A program made the position numbers and the translations under genes. A stretch of 64,000 nucleotides of DNA from an uncultured Fibrobacteria bacterium (GTDB taxonomy: Bacteria; Fibrobacterota; Fibrobacteria; UBA11236). The stretch lies in the NCBI GenBank assembly GCA_963716395.1, contig OY970309.1:448001-512000 (forward strand), in the 5' to 3' direction. The notes under the pieces were generated by a model. The model did not search any database, was not told the origin of the DNA, and worked only from the letters and a program-made list of their open reading frames with translations. Shown piece after piece: positions 49,602 to 59,156 of this stretch (its first letter is position 1; each line of letters starts with the position of its first letter).

Positions 49602-50242
49602 GTGCTATTTCAAAATTCCGGAGTATCCGCCGATTTTCATCGATTTCTCCTTGATCGCATAGAACCGATTTCGAATGTGCCGCTTTCGTTGTTACCCATG
49701 CTGGGTTTGTGCCGCAAAGCGGGTAGGTGACCATGCAATCCGGCATTCCGTCTTCGCATCACAAATGGTACAACGATGCGCTTAAAAGCCCGAAGTGCAT
49801 GAGAAAATCCGGCCCAAGGGGAAAATTCGGCGCCTGTAAATTGTCCTGTGGAGGGAGCTGCCGGAAAAGAAGGGTTTGTCTACCCAGATTGCGGGAACAC
49901 GCTCGATTCGATCTCCCGGTTCTTTCTAGATGGGGCGAATTCGAAATATTCTCGTCGCGACCATGCGGGAGAAGGAGAACAGCCCCCTGGGTGAAAGGGA
50001 CCTTCATTTCGAATTGCGAATTAGAGTTTGATTTTGGAGAAAGGGATGAAGTCTCGCCGCAGAAATTGTAACGAGCCTCCATGGAAGCTCAAGCTGAGAA
50101 TTCGGAATTTGAAAAGGGCTTCGATTTCCCCGGCTACACTCTGGCTTTGAATATAAATTTAGGAAACCTCGGTAAAAATTCGTCGTTTTTAGGCGAGCGG
50201 GGCTACTCTGTTTCGTTTAGAGTTTTCAAAAAAGGGGAGAGC

Positions 50243-51520
50243 GTGGAAAATCGGAGTCGAGCGCATAAATTTACGGTGAGCTTACTGGTATTGGGTTCGG
50301 TGGCGGCTTGGGCGCAAGCGCCTTACACCCCTCCGGCATCGGGGGATCTTTCCTGTAACACAGACACTTCCGCCATCAATCAGGCGGATACCCTCGTCAC
50401 CTCTCCGGAAATCAGCGGAACGTATACGGGTTTCGACAAAGTTTTTGACGGGATGTCTTTTAAGGGGTGGTGGCAAAACTGCCATACGGGCCACTCTTCC
50501 TCGGATCCGACGCATGGGGCAATTTGGCGCATCGCGCCGGATCAGCATGCGATTTATTCCACGCAACGCTCCAGCGGTGGCAACGAAGTCGGCGGAATTT
50601 TGGAGACGCATAAAAAGCAGACCAGCTACGAAATAATTTTCGACATCTGGCCTTCCTACGGAGATGACGGCGGTTTGTTCAATCGGGTCACCCTCGATGG
50701 GCAATGCTTTCAAACGGTTTTGGATTATATCGACGGCGGCTCCTACGGCGGTACGTGGGGAGAAGGCGGATATTTAAGCCGGGATCTTCGTCAGTTCATG
50801 TTTAACGGCAGCGACAGCGTTTTGACGATTCCAGGCAATGGCGGCGCCAACTGGACGACTTATACGCAAAGCATGAACCCGACCTCCTTTGGCTGTTCCG
50901 CCGGCGGTTGCACCCAAGCGGATTGGAGAAAACTCTGGGACTTATACGGTTGGAATACTACCCGAATCAAATTTTGGGGAGGACTGACGGCCGCCCAACC
51001 CATGGTGCATATGCAATCATGGTTCTTGACCAAAACCACTCCGCGTCAATGGGTTCCCCTTTGGACGGATTCCCTGACCTTGACGACCTCGCAAATGGCC
51101 CAGTGGCCGACAAACCCGCTCGGCTTCCAGGTTCATGGAGGCGGGCGTTTCGGCGGCGCCAACGGAAACTGGTACAAGAACATTTATCTGCGCCAACTCG
51201 ATCCCGCCACCGGCAACCCATTAACCGGACCGGTCACGCCCAGTACGGATCACAATCCCGGCCAGGATCCACCCGTCGCCATCATGAATCCTGCGGGCTC
51301 GCCCCGATTTCAGATTCACAGCGCCCCGGACGGATTGATCGGCACTTTGAATCTCGATTATAAAATTCGGGTCAGCGACCTGAGCGGCCGCGTATTGGAA
51401 AGGTTTTCCGGACATCCCGGCAGCTTCCACTACGTTTTCGGCGCCAAGACCCGGGGGCTTCTCTTCGTAGAAGTGCAAACCGAACGGGGTACCGAACTCT
51501 TTCGGATCAGCCGGATGTAA
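50243..51520 (+). CDS. Secreted DUF1080 (3-keto-disaccharide hydrolase-like) protein with C-terminal sorting-like domain
   Basis: GGGGAG RBS plus GTG; signal peptide; FDGMSFKGW, GGILET, WNTTRI, LGFQVHGG, WYKNIYLRQL; Pro/Thr linker; tail VSDLSGRVL...GLLFVEV. Confidence 0.8.
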   Translation: MENRSRAHKFTVSLLVLGSVAAWAQAPYTPPASGDLSCNTDTSAINQADTLVTSPEISGTYTGFDKVFDGMSFKGWWQNCHTGHSSSDPTHGAIWRIAPDQHAIYSTQRSSGGNEVGGILETHKKQTSYEIIFDIWPSYGDDGGLFNRVTLDGQCFQTVLDYIDGGSYGGTWGEGGYLSRDLRQFMFNGSDSVLTIPGNGGANWTTYTQSMNPTSFGCSAGGCTQADWRKLWDLYGWNTTRIKFWGGLTAAQPMVHMQSWFLTKTTPRQWVPLWTDSLTLTTSQMAQWPTNPLGFQVHGGGRFGGANGNWYKNIYLRQLDPATGNPLTGPVTPSTDHNPGQDPPVAIMNPAGSPRFQIHSAPDGLIGTLNLDYKIRVSDLSGRVLERFSGHPGSFHYVFGAKTRGLLFVEVQTERGTELFRISRM

Positions 51521-51707
51521 TCCGCTGATTTTTTTGCCCGGTGAAAGAAGATCATTCTTTCACCATTTTCAATTTCGTCCGGTTTCTTGAATAATGACGA
51601 TTGGGATACACACGGGGAAATGATGCTTTGGATTTCAAAAACCCTTTGTTAAATTCGGCACACTTCATGGAGACATTTCGGGCTTGCCTGGCAAAGGCCG
51701 ATTCTTG

Positions 51708-53114
51708 ATGCGAGCGGCTTTCCTGCTTTTGATACTCGGTTTCGCTCCGGCGCTGGCGGGTGAGGTTCCTTCCTTGCAATTCCATGGTCAGGGCTGGATG
51801 CAGGTGGGCCGCGTCATGCATGTCTCCGATTCCCTGCAAAGCAACAATTCCATTATCGACCTGGACAAGGCTTGGCTGCAAAGCGTCGGCGCGCAAGTCA
51901 CCGCAAGTTCGGAGATCAGCGACCATTTCGACGCCGCTTTCGGCCTGGGCGTTTACCAGGTCAATCACTCCCTGGCGACCAACGGGGGAAGCCAACCTCT
52001 GTTCCTGGCCGTTCCCATCTTCGAGAGTTTTATCACCGAAGCGAGGCTGACTTATTTTCTCGGAGAGAAGGAAAACCCGGGCCTGAGCGTTTCGCTCGGC
52101 AGTTTTCCCTTCATCTATAATCCCGACGTCAAGGATTTGGGTCTGTACCTGTTGCGGGGACCCGTGTATCCCGGCCTGCTCATGGGCGGGTTTCAGGATT
52201 TCAGCGCCGATTCCACCAAAAGCAATATCCTGGGCGCCCGAATTCACCAGGCGATCGGTGATGTGTTTTCCCAGGATCTCATCCTCATGAACGAGAGAGA
52301 TTTGCCGCCGACCTTCGATTGGAGTCTGGCTTACGTGGCGAGCCTGCAGCCGATGCCGGGCTTGGAATTGGGGGCCGGGGTGAATTTTTATCGGCTCATC
52401 CCGTACAAATCGAAATTGGAGACACCCGGTTATTTGGTGCAGGACGGCCTTAAAAGCGTCACCGACAAATACCCCTTATTGGATTCGGCCGGAAATCCGG
52501 TGGTGGATGCCAGCGGCAATGTCGTGCTCGACACCGCGCGTTTCGTTTATCTCACGCACCAGGGCATCAAGCTGATGGCACGCGGAAGCGTGGACTTCAA
52601 GACTTTGCTCGGACTGGGTTCCCCGGCGGCGGATGATTTCAAGTTTTACACCGAAGCGGCCATTCTCGGCTTAAAAAACTACGGCGAGACGTATAATGAC
52701 ATTTGGCAGCGCATCCCGGTCATGGCGGGTGTGAACTTTCCGACATTCGGGGTGCTGGATTATCTGTCCCTGGAAGTGGAGTGGTATGGCTCTCCCTATC
52801 CGGACGATATCGCCAATCTTGGCTACTACAACGACGTGGCGGATTGGACCTTGCGCAATTTATCGCGTCCCATTCCTTCGCCGGCGCCGGTGGCGGGCCC
52901 CTACGCGGATTCGACCCGGGATAATTGGAAATGGGCGCTTTATCTGCAGAAGGATGTCCGCCATCATCTCCGCTTCATCGCTCAAATCGCCGACGATCAT
53001 TATCGGCCGCCGCATATGGCGACCGGTTTGATTACGACCACCGGCGGCACGGCCCAAGCGTTCACGACGCTTAAGGACTGGTACTTCATGTTTCGCCTAG
53101 GGTATTTCTTTTGA
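51708..53114 (+). CDS. Putative OM beta-barrel, paralog C
   Basis: MRAAFLLLILGFAPALA signal; GSFPFIYNPDVKDLGLYLLRGPVYPG, LELGAGVNFY, RIPVMAGVNFPT, DNWKW, ends RLGYFF. Confidence 0.78.
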   Translation: MRAAFLLLILGFAPALAGEVPSLQFHGQGWMQVGRVMHVSDSLQSNNSIIDLDKAWLQSVGAQVTASSEISDHFDAAFGLGVYQVNHSLATNGGSQPLFLAVPIFESFITEARLTYFLGEKENPGLSVSLGSFPFIYNPDVKDLGLYLLRGPVYPGLLMGGFQDFSADSTKSNILGARIHQAIGDVFSQDLILMNERDLPPTFDWSLAYVASLQPMPGLELGAGVNFYRLIPYKSKLETPGYLVQDGLKSVTDKYPLLDSAGNPVVDASGNVVLDTARFVYLTHQGIKLMARGSVDFKTLLGLGSPAADDFKFYTEAAILGLKNYGETYNDIWQRIPVMAGVNFPTFGVLDYLSLEVEWYGSPYPDDIANLGYYNDVADWTLRNLSRPIPSPAPVAGPYADSTRDNWKWALYLQKDVRHHLRFIAQIADDHYRPPHMATGLITTTGGTAQAFTTLKDWYFMFRLGYFF

Positions 53115-54454
53115 ACCGGGCTCGCCGCGGCATGTCGCGGGGTATGCGCATCGCAGGCCTGACCGGGATGGCCTCCGCCCTCTTGTTGGGTATGAATAGC
53201 CGCGCCGATGACTTGCAATTGGATTTTCACGGGGCGGGTTGGACCCAGTTCGGACGCATCGAACATAGTTTCACGCCTCCGAGCCTGGCTTCGAACAATT
53301 ACAACAGCAATTGGATCGAGTACGCCGGCGGACTGATTTCGGCCACGGCAAAAATCGACTCGAACTGGGAAGGCGCCATGGGCCTGGGAGCCCTCCAGGT
53401 GCATCTAGCCCGCGGCAGCATCAACAACGCCAATATCTGGTACCCTTTTCTGGTTCCTTTCGTCGCGGAAGCCAGAATCACCTATTCGCATGACCTGTTC
53501 TCCGCGAATGATCAATTACGGCTTACGGCCGGCACCTTTCCCTACACCTACAATCCCGACGTAAAGAATCTCGGCTTCTATCTCTTGCGGGGATATGTGT
53601 ATCCGGGGATTTTGCAATCCGGTTTTGAAATTCCCTTCAATATCACCGGCGGCATGGCGCGTTACCAATCCGGAGATTTTCGCAACGATTTGATTTTGAA
53701 ATCGGAAACGGATGATTACCCCCTGTACGATTTTTCCTTGGCGGACGTCATCAATTACCAGGTTGCACCGGGACTCGAACTGGGCGCCGGAGTGAATTTT
53801 TACCGCCTGATTCCGCAGAACTCCAAGGTGACCTCGCCTCCCACGAATTGCCTGACCGGGGACCTGGGCCCCTACGCCGAATTGGGGCAGGCCGATCCTT
53901 GCGGCATCATCGACACCGTGAACGGGGTCAAAGATACGGTGGGCGGCTCTTTGGCCGGTACGAAATTGATGGGCCGCTTTCACCTGGATCCCAAGGCATG
54001 GTTCGAGAATGCCGACGGAGGGCCCTGGGGCAAAAACGATTGGGTGATCTACGGCGAAGCCGCCATCATCGGTCTCAAGGATTACCCCAAGGTGTATAAC
54101 AATATCCTCCGCCGCATTCCGGTGATGGTGGGATTCGACTTTCCCACCTGGGACCTGCTGGATTATTTCTCGCTGGAAGTCGAATACTACGCCGATAAAA
54201 ATTCCAGCGACGAGATTACCGCCGAGAACGGCTCGTGGGTGCCGGCGGTTCACCCCGGTTACAACTATGCGCGCGATGATTGGAAATGGTCCTTCAATTT
54301 GGCCAAGGTTTTCTTGGGGCATGTGAAGCTCTCGGCGCAAGTGGCGGACGATCATACGCGTTTGGGCGGCTACCACGACGCGGCGACCGGAGTCGAGGTA
54401 TTCAGCACACCGACGGACTGGTATTGGATGGGAAAACTCGCCTTTTTCTTTTAG
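53111..54454 (+). CDS. Putative OM beta-barrel, paralog D
   Basis: GTFPYTYNPDVKNLGFYLLRGYVYPG, LELGAGVNFY, RIPVMVGFDFPT, DDWKW, ends KLAFFF; start uncertain. Confidence 0.78.
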   Translation: MNRARRGMSRGMRIAGLTGMASALLLGMNSRADDLQLDFHGAGWTQFGRIEHSFTPPSLASNNYNSNWIEYAGGLISATAKIDSNWEGAMGLGALQVHLARGSINNANIWYPFLVPFVAEARITYSHDLFSANDQLRLTAGTFPYTYNPDVKNLGFYLLRGYVYPGILQSGFEIPFNITGGMARYQSGDFRNDLILKSETDDYPLYDFSLADVINYQVAPGLELGAGVNFYRLIPQNSKVTSPPTNCLTGDLGPYAELGQADPCGIIDTVNGVKDTVGGSLAGTKLMGRFHLDPKAWFENADGGPWGKNDWVIYGEAAIIGLKDYPKVYNNILRRIPVMVGFDFPTWDLLDYFSLEVEYYADKNSSDEITAENGSWVPAVHPGYNYARDDWKWSFNLAKVFLGHVKLSAQVADDHTRLGGYHDAATGVEVFSTPTDWYWMGKLAFFF

Positions 54455-54472
54455 GAAATCCAAGGAAGATTC

Positions 54473-55834
54473 ATGGACTTTTTCGGCTCGTACCATCGGA
54501 TTATCGCCAAGGCGGGATGGATCCTGGTCACAGCCTCCGCATTTGCTTGCGCGGCCGGGGAAGGCGTTCTAACCTATGGCGGCGCGGGCTGGATTCAGGC
54601 CGGCAGTGTTTTTCACAGCTCCGACACCAGCGGCGGCAAAGACTTCAACGGACTCGGCCTTTATTCTTCGGGGGCGCAGCTTTCTCTGGACTACAAACAT
54701 GCGGAGGATTTGGAAGTCGCCGTGGGATTGGGTGTTCTCACCAACAATTATCTGAACGGAGGATTGGGCAACGGGGGTTACGCGCCGCCCAACATGACGC
54801 CTTACGTATCGGCAGCCAGTTTAACCTATACCTTCTTGGACAAGGAAAGTTCCAAGTTGTTCGTGCGCGGAGGCCTCTTCCCCTTCGATTATAATCCCGA
54901 AGTCCGGAATCTGGGGTTGTTCCTTCTGCGCGGACCCGTGTATCCCGGTTTTATCATCGACGGTTTCGAAAACAAGTATGTCGAGCCCATCGCCAACATG
55001 CTGGGGTTGCAACTCCATCATGAAATCGGGAATTTTCAGGAGGATTTCATTCTCAGTAGCGAAACCGAAGTCTACCCGTTTTTCGACCTTTCGCCGGCCT
55101 ACATCGCGGGGTATCAATTCGGGAAAGCTTTGCATGTGGGGGCCGGGGTCAATTTTTATCACCTGATTCCGATTGACGACTCGCTGACGTCGGATCCGAA
55201 ATGGTTTTTTCTCGACACCCTTAACGGTCATCCCGACACGACTTTTCTTTCCTTCGCGGGCGTGAAACTGATGGCGAATGCCTCGTTCGATCCCAAGGTG
55301 TTTTTTGACGACATCGGAAACTTGGGACCGGAAGACCTGATTGTATATGGGGAAATCGGGTTGAACGGGATCCATAACAGCCTCGCCTATCAAAAACTTT
55401 ACGGGGACACCTGGCATCGCATGCCGATGATGCTGGGCTTCAATTTGCCCGTCTTTCATTTCCTGGATCATCTGGCCCTGGAAGTGGAGTGGTATGGCGC
55501 ACCCTTTGTGGACGACATGAAGGGTTTCAACCACACCGCGGGAAACCACGAGTCCCCGGCACCCTTGGATCCGAATACTCCCAATTACCCCCAACCCAAC
55601 ACTCCGCTGAACCGCGCCGTCTATACGAACGCTACGCGGGATAACTGGAAATGGTCGTTGCAGGGTGAAAAGGTGCTGCTGAACCATATCAAAATCACCT
55701 TTCAACTGGCGAACGATCATTATCGTCCCGGAATCTATACCGGTGACAGCGATAATTCCCCTCCGGGTTCGGAAGCCATTACCATCACCCCCAACGATTT
55801 GTATGGGATGTTGCAGTTGTCATACTTTTTTTAA
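54473..55834 (+). CDS. Putative OM beta-barrel, paralog E
   Basis: GLFPFDYNPEVRNLGLFLLRGPVYPG, GAGVNFY, RMPMMLGFNLP, DNWKW, ends QLSYFF. Confidence 0.78.
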   Translation: MDFFGSYHRIIAKAGWILVTASAFACAAGEGVLTYGGAGWIQAGSVFHSSDTSGGKDFNGLGLYSSGAQLSLDYKHAEDLEVAVGLGVLTNNYLNGGLGNGGYAPPNMTPYVSAASLTYTFLDKESSKLFVRGGLFPFDYNPEVRNLGLFLLRGPVYPGFIIDGFENKYVEPIANMLGLQLHHEIGNFQEDFILSSETEVYPFFDLSPAYIAGYQFGKALHVGAGVNFYHLIPIDDSLTSDPKWFFLDTLNGHPDTTFLSFAGVKLMANASFDPKVFFDDIGNLGPEDLIVYGEIGLNGIHNSLAYQKLYGDTWHRMPMMLGFNLPVFHFLDHLALEVEWYGAPFVDDMKGFNHTAGNHESPAPLDPNTPNYPQPNTPLNRAVYTNATRDNWKWSLQGEKVLLNHIKITFQLANDHYRPGIYTGDSDNSPPGSEAITITPNDLYGMLQLSYFF

Positions 55835-56039
55835 ACCGGGAAGGTGCCTTCCCCCCTTTGACGATGAAGTACGGCTGGTTCGCAGCGTGGAGCGGCGCTT
55901 CAAACGGTGGGATGTTCGCATTCGCCCACCCCTCCTCATCGCCTCATCCAATCCAGGCTTATTCCCGGGCTGCGGCCGTCGGCTTGCAAAACCCGGCGTG
56001 AAAATTCTCTTTTAAGGTTATCTCTAAACTTCAGCTTTC

Positions 56040-56163
56040 GGAGCCGGGCCCGAACCTGTCGATCTCGTTTCCGGTCCGCTTGCGGAGGAGGGCCGAATCG
56101 TGAGACGGATCGCAGGCAGAGTCGTAACCGGAAAGCGGTGAGGATAGGTACCCTTAAGGCTGC
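56040..56163 (+). ncRNA. Candidate structured RNA / 5' leader upstream of holB (unassigned)
   Basis: CCTGtCGATCtCGTTTC (56055) pairs with GAGACGGATCGCAGG (to 56116); inner CGGTCC/GGGCCG; side hairpin ACCG-GAAAG-CGGT; closing AGCC/GGCT. Confidence 0.35.
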
Positions 56164-56183
56164 GCATTGTCTCCCCTCAACCC

Positions 56184-57368
56184 ATGAACCTCCAATTCTT
56201 CCGCACCTTGGGACAACGCGATACGCGCAACCTGCTGGCCCAGGCCTTGACGCAAAAACGCTTTCCCCATGCCCTGCTCCTGCACGGCGAACCCGGATTG
56301 GGTCAGCAGGCCCTTCTGCTCGATTTGGCCCAAATTTTGGCCTGCGCAGCGGAGGATCTGCGCCCTTGCCGGAATTGCGCGGCCTGCCGGGCCTTTGAAC
56401 GCGGAGCCCATGAAGGCACGCATTATCTCCTGCCCCTGGAGAAAAAAGACAAGGGCGGTGACGGCGAATTGGAGGCCGCGCAAGTGGAGGAAATGGCGGA
56501 ACAAATCCTTGCCTTGCACGCCCAGCCCTACGGATTCGGCCGTCCGGAAAAAGCCTGGGTATCGGTGGCGCAGGTGCGCGAAACCGTGGGACGCCTGGCC
56601 TTTGCCGAAAATCGCAGCCGCGCGCGCACCGTGATCATTCCCTTTCTCGAAGCGCTGCAGGCCGAAGCCGCCAATGCCTTGCTGAAAACCCTGGAAGAGC
56701 CGCCTGCGGAGGTGTACTTTCTCATCGCCAGCGAACACCGCGCGGCTCTGCTGCCCACTTTGCTTTCCCGTTGCCTGCATCTGGCGCTGGCGCCGCTCCC
56801 GCCCGCCGATTTCAGCGCCGCCGCCGCCGCGTTGGCCGAGTCGGGCCGACCCCTGCCCGCGCGGCTTCTGCCCTTTGCCGAAGGTGCGCCGGGGGCCTTG
56901 CTCGATTTGCGGGAAGACGGCGAGGAATTGCTGGAAGAGTCCGCCCGCTTTCTCTCTGCGGCCGCCGCGGACGACTGGCGGGTTTTCGCGGAATACGTCG
57001 ACCAAGGCCTGCCCGCGCAGGGCGCGGCCGCCGCGTCCCGGCTGCTGGCTTTTCTGCTGCGCGTCGCCCGGCTGGGACAAAAACTGCGCGCCGCCGTTGC
57101 CGAACCGAAACGGGAGCAGAACGCCCCGCCGGAGACGGGTTTTACCGCGCGGGCCTTGGAGCACTTCGGCTGGGATACGTCTCTTGTGAGTTACCTTGGG
57201 CCCTGGGAAGAGATCGAAGACTTTCCCGCCTTCGTCGGGTTCTTGGAAGCCGCCTTCCGGGCGATACGTCAATATTGCCGCCCGCAAAACGCCTTAATCG
57301 GGTTGTATTTCGAATACCAACTCAAAACCCGTTCCCGATCCGCCGCCGGCGGAGTGGCGGCGGCATGA
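56184..57368 (+). CDS. holB: DNA polymerase III subunit delta'
   Basis: PHALLLHGEPGLG, C..C..C..C zinc site, AANALLKTLEEPP, LLPTLLSRC. Confidence 0.85.
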   Translation: MNLQFFRTLGQRDTRNLLAQALTQKRFPHALLLHGEPGLGQQALLLDLAQILACAAEDLRPCRNCAACRAFERGAHEGTHYLLPLEKKDKGGDGELEAAQVEEMAEQILALHAQPYGFGRPEKAWVSVAQVRETVGRLAFAENRSRARTVIIPFLEALQAEAANALLKTLEEPPAEVYFLIASEHRAALLPTLLSRCLHLALAPLPPADFSAAAAALAESGRPLPARLLPFAEGAPGALLDLREDGEELLEESARFLSAAAADDWRVFAEYVDQGLPAQGAAAASRLLAFLLRVARLGQKLRAAVAEPKREQNAPPETGFTARALEHFGWDTSLVSYLGPWEEIEDFPAFVGFLEAAFRAIRQYCRPQNALIGLYFEYQLKTRSRSAAGGVAAA

Positions 57369-59101
57369 GTCCGCCTCGGCAGACCGGCCCGCTGCCGCTG
57401 GGCATGCCGCGGATCATTCCTCCTGTCACCGCCGATCCAAAGGCGCGTTTGGAATTGGCGCGCGCCATCAACGGCCCCGCCTTCATCGCCGACCTGCTGC
57501 TGCAGCGCGGCATCCGCGACCAAGAATCGGCCCGCGAGTTTTTTCTTCCCGAACCGCCGCCGGCCTCGCCGGTGCAGGCTTTGCTGGGGCTCGATCGCGC
57601 GGTGGATTTGCTCACCGGGGCCCGCACACGCGGGGAGCGCGTCGCGGTGCACGGAGATTACGACGTCGACGGCGTCACGGGTACGGCCCTACTCTACCAG
57701 GGGCTATGCGGCCTGGGTTTTGACGCGCTGTGGCTGCTGCCCAACCGCTTCGACGGCGGTTACGGCCTTTCGCGCCGCACGCTCGACACCCTGAGCGCGC
57801 AGGGGGCGCAGTGGGTGATTTCGGTCGATACCGGCGTCGCCGCCGGCGAAGAAATCGGGTATGCGAAGAGCTTGGGGTTGCGCGTCATCGTCACCGATCA
57901 TCATCAAGCCCCGCCCGACCTTCCGCCCGCCGAAGTGATACTCAACCCCAACCAGCCCGGCTGCTCCTACCCCAACAAGGGTCTGTCGGGTTGCGGCGTC
58001 GCCTACCGGCTGTTGGAAGCGCTGACCATAACATTGAAAGGACCGGATCATACGCGTTATCTCGATCTGGTGGCGCTCGGCAGCCTGGCCGACAACGTGC
58101 CCGTGACCGGCGAGAATCGCGCGCTGCTGCGCGCCGGACTGCGGCGCATGGCCACCGCCTCCGGCGGCGGCGTGGGGCTGCGGGTGCTGCTGGAACGGGC
58201 GGGCGCCGATCCGGCCGCGCTCACCAGCACCGATCTGCTGTTCAAGGTCACGCCGCTGCTCAACGCCATGGGCCGGATGGGCAGCCCCGAAGTGAGCCTG
58301 CGTCTCTTTCTGGCGCAAACCACGGCCGAAGCCCATGCCTGCGTCGACAAGATGGAAGCCGAAAACCAGAAGCGCCGCAAACTCGATCAGGCCATCACGG
58401 CCGAGGCCGTGGCGCAGATCGAAGGCGATGCGTCTCTGCGCGACGCGCCTTGCCTGGTGGTGGCCTCGGAGGCCTGGCATGAAGGCGTGATCGGCATCGT
58501 GGCGGCCCGCCTAGTCGACCGCTTTCGCCGCCCCGCCTTTGTGCTGGCCATCGACGGCGCGGGTATTGCCAAAGCCAGCGGACGCACCGTGCCGGGATTC
58601 CACCTGCATCAGGCGTTGACGGGATGCGCCGAACTCTTCGAGAAATGGGGCGGGCACGAATTCGCCTGCGGTTTTTCCCTGCGCGCCGACCGTATTCCCG
58701 CCTTCCGCGCCGCCATGCTGCGGCATGCGGCCGCGACGACGGGCACCGACCCCCGGCCCGCCGAAGTGACCCCGGCGGTGGCCGTGGATTTGGAGGAAAT
58801 CAACGCCGACAACCTGCTGTGGTTGCGGCGTTTCGAACCGTTCGGGCCGAAAAACGAATCGCCCCTGTTCTATGCCGAAAACGTCGGCCTGCAGGGCGAG
58901 CCGCGCACGGTGGGCGACAAACACCTGAAATTCTCGGTGCGCTGCGGAGGTCGCTCGCTCGAAGCCATCGCCTTCAATCTGGGCCATCTGGTGGATTGGC
59001 TGCGCGACCGCGACGGGTTGGCGCGCCTGGCGTTTTACCCGGAATGGAACACCTTCCGCGGCGCGCGCCGCATTCAATTGCGCGTGGCCGCGATGGAATG
59101 A
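57365..59101 (+). CDS. recJ: ssDNA-specific exonuclease RecJ
   Basis: GDYDVDG, PNRF..GYG, VDTG, TDHH, ADNVP, NAMGR, GVIGIVA, GGH, EPFG..N; ATGA overlap with holB. Confidence 0.95.
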   Translation: MSPPRQTGPLPLGMPRIIPPVTADPKARLELARAINGPAFIADLLLQRGIRDQESAREFFLPEPPPASPVQALLGLDRAVDLLTGARTRGERVAVHGDYDVDGVTGTALLYQGLCGLGFDALWLLPNRFDGGYGLSRRTLDTLSAQGAQWVISVDTGVAAGEEIGYAKSLGLRVIVTDHHQAPPDLPPAEVILNPNQPGCSYPNKGLSGCGVAYRLLEALTITLKGPDHTRYLDLVALGSLADNVPVTGENRALLRAGLRRMATASGGGVGLRVLLERAGADPAALTSTDLLFKVTPLLNAMGRMGSPEVSLRLFLAQTTAEAHACVDKMEAENQKRRKLDQAITAEAVAQIEGDASLRDAPCLVVASEAWHEGVIGIVAARLVDRFRRPAFVLAIDGAGIAKASGRTVPGFHLHQALTGCAELFEKWGGHEFACGFSLRADRIPAFRAAMLRHAAATTGTDPRPAEVTPAVAVDLEEINADNLLWLRRFEPFGPKNESPLFYAENVGLQGEPRTVGDKHLKFSVRCGGRSLEAIAFNLGHLVDWLRDRDGLARLAFYPEWNTFRGARRIQLRVAAME

Positions 59102-59156
59102 CCCGGCGGCACCGCCTCGTGGCTCACGGCGTCGCCCTTCCACCGCTTCCGACGGC

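Noticed and set aside
49727-50242. ORFs 49727-50071, 49759-50082 and the 5' extension of DUF1080 from 50081
   Set aside because: No protein-like features; a better RBS and signal peptide follow GTG 50243.
56040-56163. SRP RNA (ffs) or c-di-AMP riboswitch
   Set aside because: Lacks the SRP CAGG-CC-GNRA-GG-AGCAG helix and the ydaO conserved segments; kept only as an unassigned structure.
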